The notes beneath the pieces were generated by a model, which was not told where the DNA came from, searched no databases, and saw nothing but the letters and a program-made list of their open reading frames with translations. Shown here piece after piece: positions 7,455 through 16,215 of a stretch of 33,726 nucleotides of DNA; position 1 is the first letter of the stretch, and every line of letters starts with the position of its first letter. The translations under genes were made by a program, and so were the position numbers. Location of the stretch: IMG/VR virus record IMGVR_UViG_3300037722_001733, positions 1-33,726 of that record, one strand, 5' to 3'. This DNA is from a virus (lineage: Duplodnaviria; Caudoviricetes).

Positions 7455-9512
7455 TCAGGACTGGCCTTCCGCCGCCCGCTTATCCGACTCGAACATGTAG
7501 AGCTTCTTCCTTGCGGGGGCGATCGGCACGATCGCGGAGATGTCCATCGTCCCGGCCCGCTCCATCTCGCGGCGCCGTGCGATCACTTCGTCCATCGCAG
7601 TGCGCGCGGGCTCGACGACGGCGCCCGTACGGTCCGAGGGGATGTAGCCGCGCCGCTCGTTCACCGCCTGGATCCCCGCCGCGAAATCCTCCAGGGCGAT
7701 CTGGGGCGCGGGCATCGCTTCCGGATCCGGGAGGAAGGAGCGGACCATCTTTTCGCGGTGGCGGTTGCGGGCCTGCGCCTCCTTCAGGGCGGCCTTGGCC
7801 TGGGGCGTCCTCGCCAGGGCGTCGACCTGCTCGGCGATCACGGCCTGACCGAGATACTCGTCGTCCTCCGCCCGGAAGGCCCACGCGTCCTGGTAGCTTT
7901 CCGGATCGCGGCGCAGGTAGACCTTGGAGCCCTTCATCGCGACCATCCACTCGCCCCAGTAGGTGCGGCCGATCTCGGAGTCCCGCACGCCGTTGCGCCC
8001 GATGGTGACGGGCTTGCTCGTCCGCATGCAGAAGAGCTTCAAGGCGTCTGCGCCCACCATCCGCGGCACCGGGGCTTCCTTCTCCCAGGCCTCGTCGGCG
8101 CACATCCCGCAGAGGGCTTTCCCGTCGGAGGGCATCCGGTTGAGGATCCGCTCGACGGCGAAAGCGAGGAGGGCGACGAACTGGTCCCACTCGAGGATCT
8201 TCCCGGTGCGGATCTCCTCGGCGAGCTTCTCCGGCTTCTCCACTGTGTTGCCGCCCCGGTAGCCGGGCAGCCCCTTGGAGACCCATTCCTTGAACTTCAA
8301 AAAGGTCCGCTCGATCGTCTTGGACTGCGCGCGGTACGGAAGCGAGAAGTGCGGCTCGATCCCGAGCTGGGCGACCATGGCGGTTGATTTGCCCTCGTTC
8401 GCGGCGACCCGGTGGAGATAGGTGCGCCCGCCCGCGAAGTCCTTGGCCCGGTAATCCTTGCCGTTGTCGATGTAGAGGTCGGTGGGAAGGCCGAACCGGC
8501 GGGCCGCCCGGTAGAAGGAGAGGAAGATGTGGTCGGAGTTGGGCGCTTCCGGATGGGGGAAAAGGTTCAAGACCTTCGTCGTCTTGAAATCGATCCAGCC
8601 GGTCAGCCAGGGGAAGATGACCTTGCCGGACGGCAGCCGGACGGCGATGTCGGCCTGGTGATGGTCGCCGACCCAGCATTCGTTCGCCGCAAGGGCGCTC
8701 AAGTCCCGCTCTATATAGGAAGCGTACCGGCGGTTCCAGTCGGCCCGGCCGTGCCGCGCCAGGTAGATCGTCTCCTCGGGGATCTCGCTTTCCAGCCGGC
8801 GCAGGAAGGTGATCGCCGACGGGAAGGTCTCCAGGTCGAAGGAGGAATCACCGCGGCGGGCGAACCCCGCGGTCTTCAGCCAGCACGATTTCAGGGAGGG
8901 GCCGCCTTCTATAAGGAAGGCCGTCTTGAAATAGTCGAACCACTCGTCGCGAATCGCGGGGGCGGTTCCCTTGCGGTTCGCCAGGCGCCCCCATTTGCCC
9001 GCCAGGCCGATGACGCCCCTCTCCCGATAGATCTTCCGGGCGGCGACGACGCGCTGGTAGGAGGTGCGGTTGCCGGGGTTCTTCGCGTTCCACTCGCCGA
9101 CGAAGGCGCGCAGCGCGGCGCCCTTCATGCCGGCGCCGGCGGAAATGATCGAGAGGTATTTATCGACCTTACCCCTCGCCCAGGAGGGCAGGGAGGCGTA
9201 GACATTCGATTCGATCTCGATGCCGGCGAGATCCTCGGCCGGGGTCGGGGCGGCACACTCCCGGCGGATCACCTCGGTAAAGTAGGCCGCGCGGACGTCC
9301 GCGGGGATGGCCGGGTCGGTGATGTGGACGAGGCATTTCTTTCCGCCGTTGCCGCCCCCATTCGGGGAGTCGATGTAATGGATCCTGGCGAACTTTCCCC
9401 GCAGCTTCATTTTCTTGATGGAGGGAACGCACCAGCCGGTGAGAGTGCTTAAGGCATGGAAGTCGATGTAGTCGCGTTCGCAGAGTTGGGCGTCAGGCTG
9501 ATTTACGGACAC
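7455..9512 (-). CDS. muA: MuA-like DDE transposase
   Basis: WVGDHH (D), YIDNGKDY (D), SKTIERTF (E); Mu-type C-terminal region; start uncertain. Confidence 0.95.
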   Translation of the reverse strand: MSVNQPDAQLCERDYIDFHALSTLTGWCVPSIKKMKLRGKFARIHYIDSPNGGGNGGKKCLVHITDPAIPADVRAAYFTEVIRRECAAPTPAEDLAGIEIESNVYASLPSWARGKVDKYLSIISAGAGMKGAALRAFVGEWNAKNPGNRTSYQRVVAARKIYRERGVIGLAGKWGRLANRKGTAPAIRDEWFDYFKTAFLIEGGPSLKSCWLKTAGFARRGDSSFDLETFPSAITFLRRLESEIPEETIYLARHGRADWNRRYASYIERDLSALAANECWVGDHHQADIAVRLPSGKVIFPWLTGWIDFKTTKVLNLFPHPEAPNSDHIFLSFYRAARRFGLPTDLYIDNGKDYRAKDFAGGRTYLHRVAANEGKSTAMVAQLGIEPHFSLPYRAQSKTIERTFLKFKEWVSKGLPGYRGGNTVEKPEKLAEEIRTGKILEWDQFVALLAFAVERILNRMPSDGKALCGMCADEAWEKEAPVPRMVGADALKLFCMRTSKPVTIGRNGVRDSEIGRTYWGEWMVAMKGSKVYLRRDPESYQDAWAFRAEDDEYLGQAVIAEQVDALARTPQAKAALKEAQARNRHREKMVRSFLPDPEAMPAPQIALEDFAAGIQAVNERRGYIPSDRTGAVVEPARTAMDEVIARRREMERAGTMDISAIVPIAPARKKLYMFESDKRAAEGQS

Positions 9513-9735
9513 GTGTCCCCTCCGGCGGATCGGTTTTCTTGAGGAGCCCTTCCTTCTCCATGTCCCAGAGGATCGCCTTTGCGGTGGGGCCGGGGTTGCC
9601 GAAAATGCCGTAGAGGATCTTGAAGACGGAGTCAGGTTTGTAGCCGTGCGTCCGGGCCCAACCGCTGACGGTCATGCCGCGACGGCGGAGTGTTTTAATC
9701 GCTTCTCTGTGGCCCGTTTTCTTCACCGCTTGCAT
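9493..9735 (-). CDS. Ner/Cro-like HTH regulator
   Basis: LRRRGMTVSGWARTHGYKPDSVFKIL HTH; first early gene, divergent from repressor; alternative start 9771. Confidence 0.8.
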   Translation of the reverse strand: MQAVKKTGHREAIKTLRRRGMTVSGWARTHGYKPDSVFKILYGIFGNPGPTAKAILWDMEKEGLLKKTDPPEGTRVRKSA

Positions 9736-9782
9736 TCCCCTCCGATATGCGTTAAACCTTTTCCTAAACATCTATGAACCAG

Positions 9783-9811
9783 ATGGTATGCGCCTGCGAA
9801 TAATATGTCAA
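9783..9811 (-). promoter_or_regulatory. early lytic promoter (sigma70)
   Basis: Minus strand TTGACA (9811-9806)-N17-TACCAT (9788-9783). Confidence 0.85.
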
Positions 9812-9832
9812 GGAAAAATGCGTTAGCGAATA
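9787..9832. promoter_or_regulatory. putative repressor operators
   Basis: Imperfect dyads TATGCGCCTGCGAATA (9787-9802, in the promoter spacer) and AATGCGTTAGCGAATA (9817-9832). Confidence 0.65.
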
Positions 9833-10482
9833 TGGAGACATACAAAAATCCCTCTTTCGGTGATCGCGTTCGCAAATTAAGGGGAGACCTTAACCAGACT
9901 CAATATGCCGAAAAGATAGGCGTTACACAGCCAACCGTGACAAAATATGAGCGCGGTATGGTTCCGGACGCCGATATTCTCTTGCGAATTGGACGGTTGC
10001 ATAATAAATCGGTGGAATGGCTGCTCGAAGGCGATGTATCTTTGGAACGTGCGGCAGGCTTTTCCAGTTATACCCTGATCCCCCTCTACAACGTGGAGGC
10101 CTCCGCTGGCGCCGGCAAGATTCCGATCGACGAGAGCGTCCGTGAGTTCCTGCCCTTCAAGACCACATGGATCAAGGCCGAACTGCGCGCCAACATCTCC
10201 TCGCTCCGCGTGCTGCCGGTGATCGGCGAGTCGATGGAGCCGCTGATTCGTTCCGGCGATGTCGTCCTGATCGAGGAAACCCATGAGATCCGATACGAGG
10301 GGCTCTATGTCGTCCGCTTGGGAGAACTGATTCTGGTCAAGCGGATCCAGGGGCTTGCAAACGGGCGGTACGCGCTCCGGAGCGAAAATCCGGCCTATCC
10401 GCCCACGGAAGTGGATCCGCGAGAGGACGAATGCTTCGCGGTCATCGGTCGCGTGATCTGGCACGGGAGAAATGTCGTATAA
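9832..10482 (+). CDS. prophage repressor, XRE HTH plus S24 peptidase (CI/LexA-like)
   Basis: HTH QTQYAEKIGVTQPTVTKYE; ASAG cleavage-like site; catalytic GESMEP (Ser) and LVKR (Lys); alternative start 9805. Confidence 0.93.
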   Translation: METYKNPSFGDRVRKLRGDLNQTQYAEKIGVTQPTVTKYERGMVPDADILLRIGRLHNKSVEWLLEGDVSLERAAGFSSYTLIPLYNVEASAGAGKIPIDESVREFLPFKTTWIKAELRANISSLRVLPVIGESMEPLIRSGDVVLIEETHEIRYEGLYVVRLGELILVKRIQGLANGRYALRSENPAYPPTEVDPREDECFAVIGRVIWHGRNVV

Positions 10483-10518
10483 GAGAGTGCCAAATAAAGA
10501 GGCGGGGAGGTCGGTGTC

Positions 10519-11391
10519 ATGGCGGTTCCTGTGAGAATTGCAGAACGTCTGTCCTGTGGACTCAAGCGCTATCAGCCCATCCTTGTGGCAGCAAAGACGC
10601 GCGATGTTAACGAATCGGACACCTCCGTCATTGTTTCGGACATGCTCGCGGACCTCTTCGGGTACGATAAATACAGCGAGGTAACGCGCGAACTGTGCAT
10701 TCGCGGGACCTTTTGCGACCTGGCCACGCGGATCGACGGGAAGTTTCAGATGATCGTCGAGGTTAAAGCGATCGGCCTGGATCTGAAGGACGCCCATGTC
10801 AAGCAGGCCGTTGATTACGCGGCCAACCAGGGCATAGAGTGGGCCGCACTCACGAGCGGAAATGTGTGGCGGGTCTACAAGGTCGTTTTCTCCAAGCCGA
10901 TCAGTGCGGAGCTCGTGCTGGACATCGACTTTCTCACCCTCAATTCCAAAAACACGTCGAACATCGAGAACCTGTTCCTCCTCACACGCGAGAGCATGCT
11001 CAAGTCTGGGTTGTACGCGTATCATGACCAGATCCAGGCGACGAGCAAATTCCATCTCGGTGCGGTATTGCTCAGCGATCCCGTTCTCGATGTCATGCGT
11101 AGAGAACTCCGCAAGCTTTCACCGGATGTCCGGCTTCGGGTTGAGGAGATACGGGACCTTCTGAAGCAGGACGTCATCAAGCGGGAAGTGCTCGACGGGG
11201 AGAAGGCCGAGGCTGCGCGGAGAAAGGTGGCGAAAGCAGCGGCAAAGGCACTTCGGACACGTAAAGGGAACGACGCCCCAGAGGGCACAATGCCCGAGGA
11301 TGACGGAGCAATCGCACCTCGGGATCCCGAAACCAAAGAGATATCAGAGAGCGTTTCTGGTCCCGGCGGACAAGGACGCATCGGGCCATGA
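10519..11391 (+). CDS. type I restriction HsdR N-terminal-like PD-(D/E)xK nuclease protein
   Basis: NE.DT, LFGY, CD...IVEVK, QAVDY, LTSG..W motifs; no helicase or methylase partner. Confidence 0.85.
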   Translation: MAVPVRIAERLSCGLKRYQPILVAAKTRDVNESDTSVIVSDMLADLFGYDKYSEVTRELCIRGTFCDLATRIDGKFQMIVEVKAIGLDLKDAHVKQAVDYAANQGIEWAALTSGNVWRVYKVVFSKPISAELVLDIDFLTLNSKNTSNIENLFLLTRESMLKSGLYAYHDQIQATSKFHLGAVLLSDPVLDVMRRELRKLSPDVRLRVEEIRDLLKQDVIKREVLDGEKAEAARRKVAKAAAKALRTRKGNDAPEGTMPEDDGAIAPRDPETKEISESVSGPGGQGRIGP

Positions 11392-11434
11392 AATGCGGTC
11401 AGCTGAACCCGTAGCGGTAGCCGGCCTGGCGCGA

Positions 11435-11953
11435 TCACTTCGCTCCCTCGAGGTATCGCTTCACCGTCTGGACGATCTCCCTCCTGTCGTCTTCCGCAAG
11501 GGCGAGGAACGGCCGCGCGGGGATGTCCGACCCGGGGTGCTGTACGACCTTTACCGGATGCCTTCCTCCCGCCCAGGCAAGCGCCTTCTTGCCGATCGGC
11601 CGGATCGTGTGCGGCCGGGTCTTCCCCCCGAGCTGATGGATCCTGGCATATGGTTTGTTGGACCCGACCCACGCTTTCCGATCGTCGTACCCCGCGGAGA
11701 TCGACGCCGCCAGGCCGCCGGCGCTCTTCAACAGGATCTGCCCGGGCCATTTCCCCTCGCGCTGCCGTTGGGCGATCGTGGAGGGTTTCAGCGGTGTCCA
11801 GCGCGGGCGTCCTCCCTGCTCGAAGTTCTCCTCCACGGCGTCCTTCATGATCTCGGAGATCTGCCGCATGAGCGGCGTCAGGTTTTTCATCTTCGCCCCA
11901 AGCCGCGACAGCGTCCGGGTGAGCTCACGGTCGTCGATCCGGATCTCGATCAC
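11435..11953 (-). CDS. virion morphogenesis protein (Mu gpG-like)
   Basis: ENFEQGGRP.W.PL..ST; VGSN.PYARIHQLGG; IPARPFL; GTG start with GGAGGAG. Confidence 0.93.
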   Translation of the reverse strand: MIEIRIDDRELTRTLSRLGAKMKNLTPLMRQISEIMKDAVEENFEQGGRPRWTPLKPSTIAQRQREGKWPGQILLKSAGGLAASISAGYDDRKAWVGSNKPYARIHQLGGKTRPHTIRPIGKKALAWAGGRHPVKVVQHPGSDIPARPFLALAEDDRREIVQTVKRYLEGAK

Positions 11954-11955
11954 GC

Positions 11956-11984
11956 TTGATCTCCTCCCGCCGAAGGTGCAAAAT
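11956..11984 (+). promoter_or_regulatory. putative sigma70 promoter for the intergenic RNA
   Basis: TTGATC (11956-11961)-N17-CAAAAT (11979-11984); predicted start about 11991, at the first stem. Confidence 0.55.
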
Positions 11985-11991
11985 GACAGTT

Positions 11992-12086
11992 GGCCCTGGC
12001 GACGCGGTGAATCTCCCGGCCGTGCTTCCGTGGCGCAAGCCACGCCCGAGAGCATTTGGAGGGGTGTGGGAGTCCTCCCCAGGGCC
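11992..12086 (+). ncRNA. candidate tRNA-like four-way-junction RNA with loop-loop pseudoknot
   Basis: Closing stem GGCCCTGG/CCAGGGCC, three internal arms, GCAA tetraloop, CTCCC/GGGAG complementary loops, G-U pairs favour + strand. Confidence 0.65.
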
Positions 12087-12088
12087 TG

Positions 12089-13300
12089 TTACAGATCATC
12101 CCGGATGACCTTCCCCTTTCCGCGAATCGTTGCAATATCGCTCTCCCTCGCCGGGCGGAACGACGTCAGATAATTTTCCGATTGGTTCTTCGTCGTCTTG
12201 ATGGCGCCGAAGTAGAATTTTTTCCCGACGCGCAAGACCACAAGTGTCTGCCGTCCATCCTGTACGACGAGCTGCGCCTTTCCGATGACGTCGGGCAGCG
12301 CCTGATAGTCGGCCAGGCTCAGCTCGGGGTGATTCGCGGCGTTCTTGGCGAGGGATTCGCCGGAGAGCAGCACCGTCTGCGACTTCGCGCCGATCGCTTT
12401 ACGGTACGGCTCGTCGAGCACCGCCACCGGGAATGTCCCGCCGACCTTGCCGGCAAAGAACCGCTCGAAGTCCGGCCCCGTCACCGCTCCCTCGAGGTAC
12501 TGCCTGGCGACGTCGAGGTCGTACTTCTCCAGATCCGGCTGCCAGGCGGCCTTGCCCTGGTTGAAGGAGAAGCCCGGCCCCGGGGAAACCTCCGCTCCGG
12601 TTTTCGGATTCGCGTACCTGGCGACCGGGCGCACCTCTCCAGTGCGGTTTGACACCACGACGTCCTCCTCCCGCAGGTTCCCCTCGGAGGATTGCACCGC
12701 GAGCCCCTTCGCCTCGAGGCGGTCCTTGGAGAGAGCGCGAACGCGGCAGCGGCAACCCCAGTCGATGGGAGGATAGAAGCTATCCCAGAACGGATCGTCC
12801 GCGTGGAAGACCAGGCCGTTCAAGGCCGCGTGGGAGGGGCGGGTCTGTGCGTCCATGACCGCCACGTACTGCCAGTACGGCCTGGCGTCCTTGTTCTCCT
12901 CCATCTCCTTCCAACGCCCGGCCATGTAAGCGCTTTGGAGGTTCGTCCGGTAGATCGTCTTCAGGCGCCGGGGAGAGCCCAGCTGCACCTGCGTCGCCCC
13001 GCCGGCACCGTCCCCGACCAGCTTTTTCCCCCACCAGCCCTTCGCCTGCAGCTTCGGGGTGAGGTCCTTGATGAACTGCCGCTCGGTGGTCCCTTCGGCG
13101 ATCGCCTTTCCTACGCCCTCGCGAAGGTCCTGCAAGACGTCCATCCGCATCGCCTTGGCGACCGTGAAGGCCTTGGCGTGCGCCTCCTGCCACGTATCCT
13201 TCCAGTCCCAGGAGAAGCGGTACCCCTTGGAGGCGAAGTACTCCACCGCCTTCTCCGGCGGGAGCGTGAACGCGTATCCCAGGTCAATCTTTTGCGGCAT
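12089..13300 (-). CDS. MuF (gpF/SPP1 gp7-like) head protein with C-terminal PBECR2-like putative RNase domain
   Basis: RL.TIYRTNLQSAY.AGR, YWQYVAVMD..TRPSH, PP.DWGCRC; C-terminal HPEL...DY..LP.VI...IKTTK....YLTSFR. Confidence 0.9.
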   Translation of the reverse strand: MPQKIDLGYAFTLPPEKAVEYFASKGYRFSWDWKDTWQEAHAKAFTVAKAMRMDVLQDLREGVGKAIAEGTTERQFIKDLTPKLQAKGWWGKKLVGDGAGGATQVQLGSPRRLKTIYRTNLQSAYMAGRWKEMEENKDARPYWQYVAVMDAQTRPSHAALNGLVFHADDPFWDSFYPPIDWGCRCRVRALSKDRLEAKGLAVQSSEGNLREEDVVVSNRTGEVRPVARYANPKTGAEVSPGPGFSFNQGKAAWQPDLEKYDLDVARQYLEGAVTGPDFERFFAGKVGGTFPVAVLDEPYRKAIGAKSQTVLLSGESLAKNAANHPELSLADYQALPDVIGKAQLVVQDGRQTLVVLRVGKKFYFGAIKTTKNQSENYLTSFRPARESDIATIRGKGKVIRDDL

Positions 13301-14843
13301 TGAGCCGTCCCCAGGCTTCGGATACGAAGATCGCCCGAGTGAGCATCTGCTCCAGGGCGTCGTCCCGCATGTTCGGATACGCCTCGGAAAGAGCGGACAG
13401 AATGTCCTCCGGGCTGTTTCCCTTCCCGATCAGATCGAGGACCGGCTTCAAGATCCCTTCCATCTGCGCCTGGAGCTCCTCGGGAGGAATCGACTCGACC
13501 AGGTCGTCGATCGCGACCTGGTCCGGGAACGGCGGCGCCCCTGTCTTTTCCGCGTCCGCGAACTGGGCTCCGGAACAATGGGGACAGTGGCGGCGGTGCG
13601 CGGAGAACTCCGCCGGGAGCTGCGGCGGCGCGGGCGGGATCCCCGAGGGGGGCGCCGACACTTCCGCGATGTCCTCCTCCTCGAAGCCGTAGGCCTTCGT
13701 GAAGTATTTCCGGGAGAACCGCACCCCGGATTCGGTGAGCGTCTTGTCGCGGGTGGCCAGATCGAGATCGACGTCTTCCTCCTGCCACATGGAAAACGCC
13801 GGGGACTCGGAAGCCGCTCCGAAGTTGAGTTCGTGGATCCAGCCGATGAGCGTGTTCACCGTCTCGATCGCCATGTTCGCGTCGGCGTCGACGATCTCCT
13901 GTTTCACGTCGCCGGCGGTGTTCTCGCCGCCGAGCTTTCCCGGCGTGGACTCCGAGGCGCCCGCGTGGCCCAGGATCGCCGTGGAGACTTCCGAGTTGCA
14001 CCACTCCACCAGCGCCCGATGCAGGTCCGAGGAGGCCCCCTTGCCGGCGGCCTCGATGATCTCCACGGAGGAGTCGTCGGGGATCACCGCCACGGCGTCC
14101 TGGACCATGGCCTCCAGCAGATCGGCCAGGTCGTCGGTCTTGGCTTTGTCCGTACCCCGCGGGAGCTTTCCGATGATCCAGGGGGTGCCGAACCGCTCGA
14201 CGAAGTTCACCCAGAATTTGAGGCCGCCCTTCTTGAAGGTCACCGGCCAGAAACACCGCGACAGCACGCGTTCCCCGTACGGGTTCTCGTAGGATCCGTT
14301 GAAGACGGGGCACAGGAACTTCTTCTCCGGCACCGGGCTGCCGTTGGGGGAAGCCTTGGTCCGCAGGAGCAGCTCGTTGTCGGGCCCGAAGGCGAACCAC
14401 TCCCTTGGCTTGGCGACCACGTCCCTGGGCAGGATCAGGCCGCCGGCGTTCTCCCAGAGGACCTCGAGCGGCTGATACCCGAAGTAGGCGGCGTCCAGGA
14501 TCTGCGACAGGATCCGGTTGACTTTCAACCCGGCGAAGAGCCCGGAGATCGCCTTGGCGGCGCCGGACTTGGCCTTGCCCCGGTCGATCCCCCACTCCAT
14601 CGAGAGCACTCCCGCCTTGCGGCTGGCGATGTTCGACCCCACGCGGGCGTCGGTTGTGAGCTCCCGATAGACCTTCTGGTCCTTGCCCATCTTCCGCAGG
14701 ACCGGGTCCGGATCGGGCAGGTACATCCCCAGGGAGTAGAAGTCGATCGCCCCGTTCCGCGTGGCGATCTCCCGGAAGAGGGAGTCGCCCTTCTCGCCGA
14801 ACGATACGAAATCCCGCTCGTTGATCCAGATGCCTTTTGCCAT
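13284..14843 (-). CDS. portal protein (Mu gp29/DUF935)
   Basis: NPYGE.VLS.CFWP..FK.GG.KFW..F.ERFG.PW; N.E.S.AILG. Confidence 0.93.
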   Translation of the reverse strand: MAKGIWINERDFVSFGEKGDSLFREIATRNGAIDFYSLGMYLPDPDPVLRKMGKDQKVYRELTTDARVGSNIASRKAGVLSMEWGIDRGKAKSGAAKAISGLFAGLKVNRILSQILDAAYFGYQPLEVLWENAGGLILPRDVVAKPREWFAFGPDNELLLRTKASPNGSPVPEKKFLCPVFNGSYENPYGERVLSRCFWPVTFKKGGLKFWVNFVERFGTPWIIGKLPRGTDKAKTDDLADLLEAMVQDAVAVIPDDSSVEIIEAAGKGASSDLHRALVEWCNSEVSTAILGHAGASESTPGKLGGENTAGDVKQEIVDADANMAIETVNTLIGWIHELNFGAASESPAFSMWQEEDVDLDLATRDKTLTESGVRFSRKYFTKAYGFEEEDIAEVSAPPSGIPPAPPQLPAEFSAHRRHCPHCSGAQFADAEKTGAPPFPDQVAIDDLVESIPPEELQAQMEGILKPVLDLIGKGNSPEDILSALSEAYPNMRDDALEQMLTRAIFVSEAWGRLNAAKD

Positions 14844-14868
14844 GGTTTTCGTCCCCTTCGAACGGCCG

Positions 14869-16215
14869 TTAATACCCGAATGAAAGCTCCCTGACCGACC
14901 GCCTTCCGGCGGTAGCCACCATTACCGGTCCGGCCTCCCGGGTGTCCGCATGGTTGGCCAGAGCCAGCGCCCAGAACCGGTCGGCGTGGGAGTCGGTCTT
15001 CTCCTCCGCCGCGACGTCGAACCGGATGTTGCCCGCCGCGGTCGTGATCTTCTTGACCGAGTGGAGATCCTCGCGGATCAGGTGATCGGGCGGAATCAAG
15101 ATGGCCTTGTCCTCGAAGCCGGTCTTGAGCTCGTAGGCTATCGCCTCCTTGACCGCCCCGGAGAAGGTGACCGCCTCCACGCGGTACTGACCGTACGCCT
15201 CCTGGGCCTCCTCAGAAAGTTGCAGTCCGATCCCCGTGGCGTCGATGCAGGCACGACGCAGCAGCCGGTGTTCCAGCAGCGGAAAGAGGACCTTCTTCTG
15301 GACGGAGAAGGGAGTCTTCTCCATGACCGCGACCCTGCGCGTATACTTGGCTCGGCCCAACTTCTCGAGGAGCCAGATGACGGAAAGGTCCTTTTTCCGG
15401 CCGATGTCCATACCCAGGAAGAGATCTCCGGTGAGGTCCTCGATATCCATCAGGAGATCGTCCATCTCACACGATGAAATGAGGTCGTAGGTGAAAAACG
15501 CGGTGGTCGCGTCGATCGCAACGCACCGGTATTCCTGGTTCCAGGCGTCCTCGTCGACGCAGCTCTCGCGCAGCTCGGAGAGCCACGCCTCGCGTTCCGC
15601 GTCGGTCGTCGAATGGCCGAGGATCTTATCGACCAGCCCTTCCGAGACGGCCGTCTCGATCGGCGTGGAGTGGAGCGACCATTTCAGGCGCCCTTTGCGG
15701 ATACGCTCGATGAACCGGTAGTACAGGCTCGACTTTCCGTTGTGGGTGGACAGGATCCGCAAGGGGAACCCCCAGGTGATGCAGGGCCTGGCCGCCGCCC
15801 ACATCCTGGCCGGATCGTCGTGAAAGGCGAACTCGTCGAGCACCACCTTGCCGCCCTTGGAGCGGAATCCCTTGGGGTTGCTGGAGAGCGCATGGATGCG
15901 GGTGCCGTTGGCGAGCTTGATGACGAGCGCCTTCACATCCTTATCGCTGTCGATGACCACCAGTCCGAGGGACTCCGCGGCCACGTGGAACATGCGCGCC
16001 CACTTCTCGCAATAGCCGATGTACTCCTTGGCGGCCGACTCGTCGGCGGAGGAGAACCAGACCGCGGGGACCGTCTTCCGCACGCAGTCGCGCACGTCCT
16101 CGTAACTCTGGACGTAGGTGGCTCCGATCCGCCGGGACTTCTCCCACAGCTTGATGGGGGACTCGTCGGCGAGCCACCGCGCCTGGTACGGCAGGAAATA
16201 TTTACTCTCCGCCAA
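14869..16215 (-). CDS. terL: terminase large subunit (Mu gp28-like)
   Basis: EKSRRIGAT, VVLDEFAF, ILSTHNG, LGMDIGR, IDATGIG, HADRFWALALA. Confidence 0.95.
   Translation of the reverse strand: MAESKYFLPYQARWLADESPIKLWEKSRRIGATYVQSYEDVRDCVRKTVPAVWFSSADESAAKEYIGYCEKWARMFHVAAESLGLVVIDSDKDVKALVIKLANGTRIHALSSNPKGFRSKGGKVVLDEFAFHDDPARMWAAARPCITWGFPLRILSTHNGKSSLYYRFIERIRKGRLKWSLHSTPIETAVSEGLVDKILGHSTTDAEREAWLSELRESCVDEDAWNQEYRCVAIDATTAFFTYDLISSCEMDDLLMDIEDLTGDLFLGMDIGRKKDLSVIWLLEKLGRAKYTRRVAVMEKTPFSVQKKVLFPLLEHRLLRRACIDATGIGLQLSEEAQEAYGQYRVEAVTFSGAVKEAIAYELKTGFEDKAILIPPDHLIREDLHSVKKITTAAGNIRFDVAAEEKTDSHADRFWALALANHADTREAGPVMVATAGRRSVRELSFGY

Noticed and set aside
11992-12086. Canonical tRNA gene
   Set aside because: No TTCRA T-loop, no 7-nt anticodon loop and no CCA end; only the topology is tRNA-like
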